Shown: positions 38,791-48,117 of the stretch, in pieces
Position numbering within the stretch: position 1 is the stretch's first letter
Layout of the letters: every line of letters starts with the position of its first letter
Origin: Chloroflexota bacterium
GTDB taxonomy: Bacteria; Chloroflexota; UBA11872
Length of the DNA: 64,000 nt
Direction: 5' to 3'
NCBI GenBank assembly: GCA_028874315.1
Contig: JAPPKM010000071.1
Span: 226-64,225, forward strand
The notes under the pieces: model-generated
What the model was told of the DNA's origin: nothing
Database searches by the model: none
The model's input: the letters and a program-made list of their open reading frames with translations, nothing else
Translations under genes and position numbers: made by a program

Positions 38791-39251
38791 GAACCCGGTG
38801 GTCAGGAAGTAGCACTCTCTGTCAAATGACAGGATCGCACACTCCGGGGAGTTCGGGCGTTTCGGACAAGTGCTGCGAGGAGGAGTCACCATCCGTGTCC
38901 TATGAGTACATGCGTGCCTCTCCTGATTTGGCGAACTGCGGAAGGCTGCCGAAATCGGCGCGGTCGCCGGCCATCAGTCGTCAGTGGTTGAAGAGCAGTT
39001 GGATGCCATGGGAGCCACAGGCGCAGTGAAACGAGCTAAGGCGACGACTATTGGTCCGCAGCCCCCAGGAGGCGAGCGAATCCAGCACATCGCGCGCTTG
39101 CGGCTCACTTGGACATTGGAGTATCTTCCCGCAGCATTTTGGTGCGCGAGAATTAGCGTCGCCTTGGGTGGTGCCGCTCGGAAGGGCTTCAGATTCGCGT
39201 TCGCGATCCACAGCTTGCAGCCGAATCTCAAAGATCGGCATCAAACGTCGA

Positions 39252-39785
39252 GTGACGTTCACAGACGCTGAAGAATCCCTGGGCGACTTCCTCGAACGCT
39301 ACCCACCGCGCCCGTATCGCCGCAGAGGCGCAGCCAACTATCCCGCAGCCGAACTGGAGGCCGTCACGGATGCTGAAGGTCTCCTGTACCTGAACGAGGT
39401 ACCGGCGCAGATGCCACAGGGGAGCCCACGGCGATCCCACGAGGATGACGGCCAGAACTGTCATATATGGGTAATCGACGAGCGCGGACGACCGTGCATA
39501 TCGCAGGCACCGCTGCCGCGACTAGGCCCTGAGAAACTGCATCACACAAATCTGACGGGAGGAGGCGAGGCGTCTATCGGCGGCGAAATCTGGTTCGGTT
39601 CGCTGCCCTTCGTATACCTGTCCGGCTCATCAGGTCGATATCCGCCTACGGGACGAGATCACCTAGAGTGCGCCGAACGCCTCTTTCGTGCTGTAGGCTT
39701 TGATGTCCACTCGCTGGGCTGGGACTCAGAGACCGATCAGCCTCTGCGGGTCTGGCTCGGAAAGTCATCGGCGGTGGGGGAATGA
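39252..39785 (+). CDS. Hypothetical protein (candidate toxin/effector partner of the Xre-COG2856 gene)
   Basis: ORF 39051..39785. Only the distal ~178 codons look protein-like (…HIWVIDERGRPCIS…HHTNLTGGGEASIGGEIWF…LSGSSGRYPP…). The GTG 39252 start is tentative. The stop overlaps the next ATG (ATGA). Confidence 0.45.
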   Translation: MTFTDAEESLGDFLERYPPRPYRRRGAANYPAAELEAVTDAEGLLYLNEVPAQMPQGSPRRSHEDDGQNCHIWVIDERGRPCISQAPLPRLGPEKLHHTNLTGGGEASIGGEIWFGSLPFVYLSGSSGRYPPTGRDHLECAERLFRAVGFDVHSLGWDSETDQPLRVWLGKSSAVGE

Positions 39786-41140
39786 GCGAAGCCACCACGG
39801 CGCTATATGTGCGGGGCAAGTACCAACTCGCCCGGTACGAGCCAGGAAGTTCGGCGACGGGCCGACGCCTCACAGAGCACGAGGTTCTTGAAGCATACGG
39901 CCGCGATGTACTTGCTGACATTGATGACCGTTTGTCCGCCGTGCTGCTGGCGCGCGCCGGCGCAATCGAACATGCGATTCGCGAACAGCGCGATGCGTTG
40001 GGCATGACACGCTCTGAACTCGCACGCGCCGCGAATGTCGATCATGAAGTCATTGATCTAGCAGAGACTGACGCCGAGCAGCTCGAGCTGAGGGAGCTTG
40101 AGCACCTGGCGTTCGTACTTGGTCTTGATCCCGCCAAGCTGAGCATTGACGAGCGCGCGGGTTCGGATCCTGATCTGGGCGTCAGGCTGCGCGTCCTGGA
40201 GGTCGAGCGCGTCGCGACTCCAACCAATGCTCGGCTAAATGCCCGGACCGTGTTGCGATTCTCAGAAGCCGCTTCGATTATCAGATCGCATCTTCTTCTT
40301 CAGCATTGGCTGGGAAAGCAAAACGAAGCGGAGGGATTTGAGACTTCATCCAACTACGGCCCTCCGGCCTGGCGAGCGGGATATGCGCTTGCCAGAAAAG
40401 CACGAGAACTCTTGGGTATTGGCATCGAACCCATTGACTCGATGCGGGAGCTCGTCGAAGGCCGTCTTGGCATTCCGATCATTCAGGTTGCACTCCAACC
40501 GGAGATTGCGGGCGCCACAATCTCGTCGCGGAGTCAGCGAGGCATCGTCCTCAACATTGCCGGACGGTACCAGAACGTGTGGATCCGCCGTACGACGCTC
40601 GCGCATGAACTGGCACATGTCCTCTTTGATCCCGAGGAGCAACTCGAAAGTGTCCGCGTCGACAGCTATGAGCAGATTGTGCGCGACGCCGAGCACGACA
40701 GCCAGTTGCCGGACTACGTGGAGCAACGAGCCAATGCCTTTGCAGTCGAATTTCTGGCCCCGAGGGAAGCTGTGAAGCAGTTCGTTCCGAGCCCCGCCCA
40801 AGTGAGCGCCGCAAGTGTTGCGCAGGTCATGTCGGCATTCGGCGTCGGAAAGGCCGCGGCTCGCTTTCACGTGGGGAATGCGTGGTGGGGACAGGCCGAG
40901 CTTCCTGATGAATCCACAATTCAGGCGTCACCCAGAGGAGACCAGAAGGCGGCCGAGGATTACACGTTGGACTTTTTCCGGCCGAGAGCGACGCCCGAGC
41001 AGCGGCGGGGACGCTTCGCTTTCCTCGTGGGAGAGGCCGTTGACACAGGACTAATCACGCGCGATACGGCAGCTCAATACCTTGCTTGCTCCGAAGACGA
41101 TCTGAATGCTGCAGTGCCGTTTTTGCTCGGTAGAGCATAG
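39782..41140 (+). CDS. Xre-type HTH fused to ImmA/IrrE (COG2856, M78-like) zinc metallopeptidase domain
   Basis: HTH 'LGMTRSELARAANVDHEVIDLAE'. HExxH 'LAHELAHVLFD' followed by 'EQRANAFAVEFLAP'. Confidence 0.8.
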   Translation: MSEATTALYVRGKYQLARYEPGSSATGRRLTEHEVLEAYGRDVLADIDDRLSAVLLARAGAIEHAIREQRDALGMTRSELARAANVDHEVIDLAETDAEQLELRELEHLAFVLGLDPAKLSIDERAGSDPDLGVRLRVLEVERVATPTNARLNARTVLRFSEAASIIRSHLLLQHWLGKQNEAEGFETSSNYGPPAWRAGYALARKARELLGIGIEPIDSMRELVEGRLGIPIIQVALQPEIAGATISSRSQRGIVLNIAGRYQNVWIRRTTLAHELAHVLFDPEEQLESVRVDSYEQIVRDAEHDSQLPDYVEQRANAFAVEFLAPREAVKQFVPSPAQVSAASVAQVMSAFGVGKAAARFHVGNAWWGQAELPDESTIQASPRGDQKAAEDYTLDFFRPRATPEQRRGRFAFLVGEAVDTGLITRDTAAQYLACSEDDLNAAVPFLLGRA

Positions 41141-41189
41141 TCGTTTGGGAGAGTACTTCGTCCTTGGTGAGTGGGTACGAACCTAGACG

Positions 41190-42230
41190 ATGACAATACC
41201 GAGAAACATTCCATGGCGGTCGACCGGAACCACTTTGGGCGCCGGAGGTCAAGGTCAGGTTCATCTCGTTGTTGACGAAAGACAGCCGGAGAGCGAAGAG
41301 TACGCTCTCAAGGTACTACGGAACACTTCTTCACAACAGGCGAGGGAGCGCTTCCGCCGGGAAATAGAGGTCGTGAAGAGATTGAATTCGAACTTTGTGG
41401 TCAAGGTGATTGATCACTCTCAAGAAGAGGACGAATTTCAGTATTTTGTCATGGAGTATTTTAGCGGGGCAAGAACTCTATCGAGCATCATTTTCGCAGA
41501 AGGCAGTCCATTTTATCGCGACGTTAGCAGATGCCTTGACATGTTTGAGCAGATACTGGCAGGCATTAGGGCGTGCGAAGCGTCTCGTCCGCAAGTTGTT
41601 CACCGCGACATCAAGCCGGACAATATCCTTGTCCTTCAAGACGGTTCCATTCGACTAATCGACTTTGGAGTCTGCCAGATCGATGATGGGGAAATGATGA
41701 CCCTTGTGGATGAGAACGTCGGAGCTCGAAATTACACTTCCCCGGAGTGTGAAGCTGGAAGTGACGATTTCATAGGAATCCACTCCGATATCTACTCTGC
41801 TGCCAAGATTCTATGGGCTGCCATTACCTCAAGGCAGGCATTTGCTCGGGAGGACCCAGTCTTTACAAATAGGTCGATGGAAGCGATGCTCCCTCAGATT
41901 CCGGAGACTTGGCACCTTACCCATATCTTTGAAAAGACGATTCGTCGTAACCCCGCAGACAGATTCCAGAGTGTCGGTGAGGCCCTTGAGCTGGTTCGAC
42001 ACGTGCGACATTTGGTTCAGTCAGGGATTCCACCACTCAAAATACTAAGTCGCTATTGTCCTTCGTGCGGATGGCCGGCTGTGAGCGAGTTTCCCCTGTC
42101 ACACGAAGTATTCGGCAATCCCAACCCGCCTGGCGTGGCATCTTTGATGTGCAGCTTGTGTGGGTTTGGCTTTGTTAGGAATATGGAGGTATGGCGCGAA
42201 AGCCTGGAGCGTCGTGAATCGCTCAGCTAG
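41190..42230 (+). CDS. Ser/Thr protein kinase with C-terminal CxxC…CxxC zinc-ribbon-like tail
   Basis: 'LGAGGQGQV', 'YALKVL', 'VVHRDIKPDNILV', 'LIDFGVC', 'YTSPE'. Tail 'CPSCGWP…CSLCGF'. Confidence 0.8.
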   Translation: MTIPRNIPWRSTGTTLGAGGQGQVHLVVDERQPESEEYALKVLRNTSSQQARERFRREIEVVKRLNSNFVVKVIDHSQEEDEFQYFVMEYFSGARTLSSIIFAEGSPFYRDVSRCLDMFEQILAGIRACEASRPQVVHRDIKPDNILVLQDGSIRLIDFGVCQIDDGEMMTLVDENVGARNYTSPECEAGSDDFIGIHSDIYSAAKILWAAITSRQAFAREDPVFTNRSMEAMLPQIPETWHLTHIFEKTIRRNPADRFQSVGEALELVRHVRHLVQSGIPPLKILSRYCPSCGWPAVSEFPLSHEVFGNPNPPGVASLMCSLCGFGFVRNMEVWRESLERRESLS

Positions 42231-42638
42231 AGTGGCTAGGAAGAAGAGAGTTGGATCAGATACGAGGGCCGGAGGATTTAGCAGTCCGAGATATTGACGC
42301 GTAGAGAAGATAACTCTCCTTAATATGCGGAGTGAACTGGATCCATCAGATGGAGGACCCAGGCTTAGCAGGAGGGAGATGAGTGGTCATCCCAATAGAC
42401 TTCGTGACCAGTGTGAACCTCCATGACCCTCGGCTGATAGCCGTGACGCGTCGCGGCAACTTCCACACAGGCGAGGCGGACTATGGTTCCGGGAGTTGAC
42501 GCGGGCTGTGGAGTCTCCGCTGAGCGGCGTCAACAAACCACTCCAACCATCGATCAATAAAGGCTTGCTCTTCACCTTGATCGATTGGTCGGAGCGGCCG
42601 CGCATTCTGATACTTTCCGCTGGCCGCTTGGTGGGGAT

Positions 42639-43916
42639 TCAACGCAAATGGACAGATTGAAGGTCTTTGAAAAGTGACCAAAACGACTTGTCGTACCAAC
42701 GAAAATGCCCTTTATTTTGGGGATCACAATACCAAAGGGAATGTGACCTACCTTCATATCCGCTTGGATTTCTCGGCATTCTGACCGATATCTGTGCATA
42801 GGCGACTGTATCAATGCTCCTCCGAGAAGAGTTTCCGGGACTATCATTACTCGCTAGCTTCGGCCGGGCAACGCTCAACTGACCGCTAGCCAGGGACCAA
42901 TTGAGTGTTCCACCTTTATCCGATAATTTAGTGTTCGGAGCGTTTTGAAGTAACTGATCGTGGAGTAAGTCAATGATTGGTGCTAGTGAGCGTTGAGCTA
43001 CATCATACAACTCTAAGCGGTGTTCTGCTTCGATTCGGGCAGCTGTACGTCTTCGGGACTCTTCGGCTTCTTGCTGAACGACTTGTGCGTTGATTTCCTG
43101 GAGCAAGGACCCGACACCGGAAGTAGGCTGTACACTCCGCGGCCATCGCGCCAGCAAGTTTCGCGGTCGCGGTCGAGCTTCAGGGGATTTGTACAGACAT
43201 TCGTCAATCAACGAGCGAAGTTGCGTTGGAATCCCGGGAATTGAATCTGGGAGTTCGTTCAGATGCTGACGACGATAATCGTGCTCGGCCGGTCCGACGA
43301 ATGGACGTCGTCCTGCAAGTAGCTCATAGGCAACGACGCCTAGCGCGTACACATCCGTTGAACTACTGGCTCGATCTCCATTCCACTGCTCCGGTGCCGC
43401 ATAGGCAGACGTCTTCGCATACTTCTTCGTATCAGGGGCTGTCGTTGCATCGGCGTACCTTGATATTCCGAAGTCTGCAAGGCACCAGCGCCCGTCATGA
43501 AACAGCACATTTTCTGGCTTGATGTCCCGATGGACAACTCGGTCCTCAATCTCCACCAGTGCGGTTGTGATATCGACGAGAATCGTGACTGCCTCAACCG
43601 GCTCGATCCGGCCATCGGACGCGATGAGATGGTCGCGGAGTGATTGCTCCGCTTCAGGCATTACAAGGAGCCAGCAGTCCGAAGTCTCGCCCTTATCTAG
43701 GATTGGTATGACGTTTGGGACCCCGTCGAGATCTTCAAAGAGTAGCTCCCGTTCTGCGCCGGGTGCCTTTGGGATAAACTTCACGACACCTGCCATGTCT
43801 TCGTCAGAACGAGCGGCGTAAACGAGTCCAAAGCCGCCGGAGCCTATCTGATGCTCGATGCGCCAGTTACGGTCTAAGCAGACTTCCTCTCCGATGTAGT
43901 CTGAAACTGGGTGCAT
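42639..43916 (-). CDS. Ser/Thr protein kinase with unknown C-terminal domain (possibly frameshifted near its end)
   Basis: 'IGSGGFGLVY', 'VVHRDIKPENVLF', 'LADFGISR', 'YAAPE'. A protein-like ORF in another frame continues from about 42700 to 42481. Confidence 0.8.
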   Translation of the reverse strand: MHPVSDYIGEEVCLDRNWRIEHQIGSGGFGLVYAARSDEDMAGVVKFIPKAPGAERELLFEDLDGVPNVIPILDKGETSDCWLLVMPEAEQSLRDHLIASDGRIEPVEAVTILVDITTALVEIEDRVVHRDIKPENVLFHDGRWCLADFGISRYADATTAPDTKKYAKTSAYAAPEQWNGDRASSSTDVYALGVVAYELLAGRRPFVGPAEHDYRRQHLNELPDSIPGIPTQLRSLIDECLYKSPEARPRPRNLLARWPRSVQPTSGVGSLLQEINAQVVQQEAEESRRRTAARIEAEHRLELYDVAQRSLAPIIDLLHDQLLQNAPNTKLSDKGGTLNWSLASGQLSVARPKLASNDSPGNSSRRSIDTVAYAQISVRMPRNPSGYEGRSHSLWYCDPQNKGHFRWYDKSFWSLFKDLQSVHLR

Positions 43917-44554
43917 CGACTAGCGTCCCTCGGATGCCCAAACGTTAGTGATCTTTGCTTCCGATGATATCAGCCATGGGCAATTTGATCTCTGGGATAC
44001 CTCGATCTGGCTGCTGGCTCCAGGCTTGGGCCTGCCTGGCGACCAGGACTCTTGGAGGCGTATCTCGGTCATGGTGCAACACTGTACGGGCGCTGAGTCC
44101 CGATGGCGTTCGGCTGGCGGACCTGCACGCGACTGAGCGCGCCGTCGCTGGTCTGCACAAGGATGCCAGCTTCGTTTTCTGCCGGTGGTCGTCGAAGAGG
44201 TCGACAACTGGCCCGGAGTTATCGACATCGGTCGATGCCACGAGAATCGCCAGTCAGAATACTCCGAGGCCAAGCTGCAATAGCCTGTCCTGGGCAATAT
44301 GAGCGCGACTCGTGGCAACTCGCCTTGCTAAGTCCATTGAGACTGTCCTCGGTTCCACCAGTCGTCCAAAACGCCACGCTGTGCACGTCCGGCCGAAGAG
44401 GGCCAAACTTCGCTGCGTACAACGTCGTCGAACCTCACTCATGGCCCCGTAGACAGGGTGTCGCCAGCTCCTGTCATCTCTATGTGCACCACTCGGGCTC
44501 TGTAGGCGAGCGTGGACTCAATGCGACTGTGTCCTGGGCGCCAGTTGAGCAGGA

Positions 44555-45198
44555 GTACGGAATCCTGCCTTCCACCCGGATCCTTGGCTCGGCACCCTGA
44601 GGTTCGACCGGCCGTGCACCACGAGGAGTCCGATGTCCCAGGCTGCGGTCTCGCCGATCTCCGGGCGGCCCCACGCGCGTCGGACGGCCCGCCGCGGTCG
44701 GCGGTCGTTCGCCACCTACTACTGCTGGGTCGATGACGCTCTGCGGCATCGTGCCGACGGGTATCGGCTGCTCGACTCCCCTTTGGTCGGCCTTCCTGGC
44801 GTCCAACGGTTGGCGCGTCGGCGCTTTCGCCGCAGCGCCTTCGCCGATGTACATGCGACACGAGCGCTGCTCCAGCAGGCGACTGAGCAGGCCTCGGCGA
44901 TTCTGACCCCACGGCAGGCCCTGGCGTTGCAGCTCTTCTGCGACGGCCAGCCGATGGCCGCCATCGCAGCGCGGTTGGGCCTGCGCAGCCGCCAGCATCT
45001 CTGGGCCGCCTACCGACGGCCGGCCGTGGAGGCGGTGACCCGCGAGTTTCTGGCACTGGCGCAGGCGGATTTTTCCCCGAATTAGGGTAGAATTTCGGTG
45101 CCATTGTTCCTGGAAGGGGGCAACGGCCTGCAAATCGGCCTTGAAGCCGTAACAGGTTTGGCACGGCTTGAGGGCGGGGCTTCTGACCGCGGTACTTC
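44555..45198 (+). repeat. Module copy 1: leader + small HTH gene + conserved ~115-nt tail
   Basis: Aligns along its whole length with 47369..48016 and 52325..52966. Confidence 0.85.
44633..45085 (+). CDS. Small HTH protein (sigma-70 region-4/LuxR-like), island copy 1
   Basis: SD GAGGAG lies upstream. 'LTPRQALALQLFCDGQPMAAIAARLGLRSRQHLW' is an HTH-like block. Paralogue of 47447..47899. Confidence 0.65.
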   Translation: MSQAAVSPISGRPHARRTARRGRRSFATYYCWVDDALRHRADGYRLLDSPLVGLPGVQRLARRRFRRSAFADVHATRALLQQATEQASAILTPRQALALQLFCDGQPMAAIAARLGLRSRQHLWAAYRRPAVEAVTREFLALAQADFSPN

Positions 45199-45278
45199 GC
45201 AGATCACCGACAGGTCTGGCATTAACCGACATCACGTTACTCGACCTTTGGCGGCCACTCGTCACCGACTGCAATGCT

Positions 45279-46190
45279 TCATTCGCTGTCAGCGTTATCA
45301 GCTTTTCCGATAGAGGCGTTTCTTTCGCTATAGACCTTCCCTTCAATAACAAATTCGGTGATTTGTTGACCATCACGGTCGTGCATGACTACGAATCTGT
45401 AAGGCACTTCACGCCCGTCAAGGAACAGCGGAGCTGCTCCGCCTTGTTCTCCTATCTTTCCGAAGGTAAGGCGAGGTCTTGACTCTTCCTCCAAGTCCTC
45501 GTATCCATGCTCCGAAACTGCAACAATTAGGCGCTCAATCAAGTACTCAAGCCGCCTGATCTGTTCGGATGAAATCACAGGGTCAGTCCTTCCCATATGG
45601 AACACTTGGCCTCTCAGCCTGGCTAAATCTCTAACTAACTGAGAATCACCTGAGTGGAGCTGAATACCACACGAACTAGCGAACATGTCGAGTTTATTAC
45701 GTAGTGGCCACTCGGCTTGGAAAACTCTACTTCTAATGAGATCATCAGATACTTCCAACGGATCGCTTGAGCGGACTGGTAGATTCAACTCCGCAATGAG
45801 ATTTTGAATTGTAGATTTTACGGAGGATCTCTTACCTGCGAATACTCCTGGATATTCGATGCAGTTCAACACGGACTCCAACGAAATCCAGGTTGCTATG
45901 AATCGGTCCGCAATGCCCTCTTCCATTGAGGCAATCGCTAACCATCGCAACGATCGCTGGATACCCGACGAGAGACGCTTTTCTCGTGCGCGGGGTGTTA
46001 GTTGACCAGCCTGCTCCAGGAATCCGCCTGCCTCAGCAGCCTCAAGGAAGTGATCAACAAAGTACTTGATCTTGTCGAATCCCGTCTCAAGATCAGTGGC
46101 CTCATTCTGGTCGACAAGTGGAATCGTCCTGATCCACCCTTTGACTTCGTACTGCTCCCGCAGGAGCAGCCAAGGGTGCAACCGTACCAT
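45279..46190 (-). CDS. HEPN-like domain protein (probably the C-terminal part of a larger frameshifted gene)
   Basis: Rx4H 'LRGQVFHMG' in a helical context. Its reading frame is open upstream to 46250 and overlaps the tail of ORF 45998..46981. Confidence 0.55.
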   Translation of the reverse strand: MVRLHPWLLLREQYEVKGWIRTIPLVDQNEATDLETGFDKIKYFVDHFLEAAEAGGFLEQAGQLTPRAREKRLSSGIQRSLRWLAIASMEEGIADRFIATWISLESVLNCIEYPGVFAGKRSSVKSTIQNLIAELNLPVRSSDPLEVSDDLIRSRVFQAEWPLRNKLDMFASSCGIQLHSGDSQLVRDLARLRGQVFHMGRTDPVISSEQIRRLEYLIERLIVAVSEHGYEDLEEESRPRLTFGKIGEQGGAAPLFLDGREVPYRFVVMHDRDGQQITEFVIEGKVYSERNASIGKADNADSE

Positions 46191-46981
46191 GGACCTACCA
46201 AGGTCGACATCCCACTGGAGTTCATCTGACGAGTATCGTGTATCAAGTGACTAATCCCAGTGCGGAGAGCGAAGGAGACTAAGTCAGCTGTGAACTGGGC
46301 TCGGGTGAGGGCGAGCTTCTCGGCCTCAATTGGGTTGCGGGCGAAGACCATTCCCCACGCCTTTGGGTTTTCGGGCTGCCAGACGGCTTGCTTTTTTCCT
46401 ATGTCAGCACCGGAAAGGAGAGGCGCGAAGAGGTCGTCGTCGCCCGCTACTACGCCAAAGTCTCCGGCAAAAAAGGACTTTATGTCGCCGGTGGCCGTAA
46501 GCCCGCTTAGGGGAACGGCGTAGAGGAATGGGCGGTGTTCTTGATTCAGGGTGAGACCATCGACCTTTACGCCTCGTACAAGCCCTGTAAGTTGGGGAAA
46601 CCAATAGGCTATTTCCATAGTTGGCATTCCAAAAAACTCGATGTTCTTGACAGACGCTCGCTCTAATTCCCAGATGGCATCTTCAAATGAGAGTTCTATG
46701 GAGCCGTCATCGGTCCGTGTAGCCCTGACACATAGTCCCCTATGAAATAGGTCATGCGGGCCCTTCAAGACCGCTTCGCTGTGATAGTCCCAGCGAGCTT
46801 CTCCAGATACACTCACTGTAGCTGCGGCCGATTTGACAATGCGACCGTCTTCGAGTCGCTCATTGAAACTTATCTCTCTAATCGAGTCACTTGGAATGGA
46901 GTCGTTCGCGAAACAGAGGCTTACTCCGACCTGGCTTCGTTCGTTCGACTCGTGGTCTGTCGATCTTGTATCAGCGTCCAA
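45998..46981 (-). CDS. Hypothetical protein (probable N-terminal part of the same gene; last ~80 codons look out of frame)
   Basis: The sequence is protein-like from 46981 to about 46250 (…FTADLVSFALRTGISHL). After that it is low-quality sequence overlapping 45279..46190 in another frame. Confidence 0.45.
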   Translation of the reverse strand: MDADTRSTDHESNERSQVGVSLCFANDSIPSDSIREISFNERLEDGRIVKSAAATVSVSGEARWDYHSEAVLKGPHDLFHRGLCVRATRTDDGSIELSFEDAIWELERASVKNIEFFGMPTMEIAYWFPQLTGLVRGVKVDGLTLNQEHRPFLYAVPLSGLTATGDIKSFFAGDFGVVAGDDDLFAPLLSGADIGKKQAVWQPENPKAWGMVFARNPIEAEKLALTRAQFTADLVSFALRTGISHLIHDTRQMNSSGMSTLVGPWYGCTLGCSCGSSTKSKGGSGRFHLSTRMRPLILRRDSTRSSTLLITSLRLLRQADSWSRLVN

Positions 46982-47368
46982 AGAGTTCCTCTCTAGGAGT
47001 GTTTGATGTCGAGACGTGCCCTGACTGCAGCAGCTGGGATTCGGCTACGAGATCGGCTCCGAACAACAGTATGGATTGAAGTGTACGGACGTCGGCCAGC
47101 GGTGCCACGAGTATGCTGAGTTTTCGGACGAAGGGGCCACCATTGGCAAGGGTTGGTTGAAGGCACCATCGCGCGATGGCGGTTCGTTCCGTTTGGCCGC
47201 CGGCGGCGGGTGAAACAGAGACGCAATCACGCAGCCGTCGATCAGAGCGACCAAGAGGCTGGATCCGACTGCCAGCCTGCGTGAGGCAGCTTCTCGACTG
47301 CAACGTCTGGGGACCTACGGCGCCTAATGTCGTCTCGCCGCGCCAGCAACTCGGGCGACGGTCCGAAC

Positions 47369-48016
47369 GTACGGAATCCTGCCTTCCTCTCGGATCCTTG
47401 GCTCGGCATTCTGAGGCACGACCTTCCGCGCACCCAGAGGAGTCGGATGCCCCAGGCCGCGGCCTCGCCAATCTCCAGGAGGCACCACGCGGGCCGCGCA
47501 GCGCGCCGCGGCCGGCGGTCGTTCGCCGCTTACTATCGCTGGGTCGACGACGCCCTGCGGCACCGGGCCGACGGATATCGCCTGCTCGACTCGCCTTTGC
47601 TCAGCCTGCCGGGCGTCCAACGGCTCGCCCGCCGACGCTTTCGCCGCAGCGCCTTCGCCGATGTGCATGCGACGCGGGCGCTCTTGCAGCAGGCGACCGA
47701 GCAGGCTGCGGCGATTCTGACCCCGCGGCAGGCGCTGGCGCTGCAGCTCTTCTGCCACGGCCAGCCAATGGCCGCCATTGCAGCTCGGCTGAGCCTGCGC
47801 AGCCGCCAGCATCTCTGGGCGGCCTACCGGCGGCCCGCGGTGGAGGCCGTCACGCGCGAGTTCCTGGCGCTGGCGCAGGCGGAATATCCCCCGAATTAGG
47901 GTAGAATTTCCGTGCCATTGTTCCTGGAAGGGGGCAACGGCCTGTAAATCGGCCTCGACGCCGTAACAGGTTTGGGATGGCTCGCGTGGGGTGCGTGTCA
48001 CCGCCGTACTTCTAAG
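47369..48016 (+). repeat. Module copy 2: leader + small HTH gene + conserved tail
   Basis: See copy 1. The tail ends in 'gtacttctaag', the same junction as at attR. Confidence 0.85.
47447..47899 (+). CDS. Small HTH protein (sigma-70 region-4/LuxR-like), island copy 2
   Basis: ORF 47327..47899. The ATG at 47447 is homologous to the copy-1 start and has an upstream GAGGAG. Confidence 0.65.
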   Translation: MPQAAASPISRRHHAGRAARRGRRSFAAYYRWVDDALRHRADGYRLLDSPLLSLPGVQRLARRRFRRSAFADVHATRALLQQATEQAAAILTPRQALALQLFCHGQPMAAIAARLSLRSRQHLWAAYRRPAVEAVTREFLALAQAEYPPN

Positions 48017-48049
48017 TTCTGAGCCCAGGGTGCAAATCTCGTCTGGTGG
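48009..48049 (+). repeat. Possible decayed att (tRNA 3'-half) remnant
   Basis: 'cttctaag' is followed by about 33 nt that match the tRNA 3' half at roughly half of the positions in an ungapped comparison. Confidence 0.3.
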
Positions 48050-48117
48050 ATCTCGTCATTTGGTGGTTCGGGCCCCAAACCATTTGATCGTTCTCCTAGA
48101 CTGGCTGTGCACTCAAT

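Noticed and set aside
44555-44575. 'ggaatcctgcc' at the start of each HTH module resembles the tRNA T-arm 'cgaatcctgcc'
   Set aside because: The shared string is only ~10-11 nt with no extension on either side. All three occurrences derive from one ancestral module, so it counts as a single event that could be chance.
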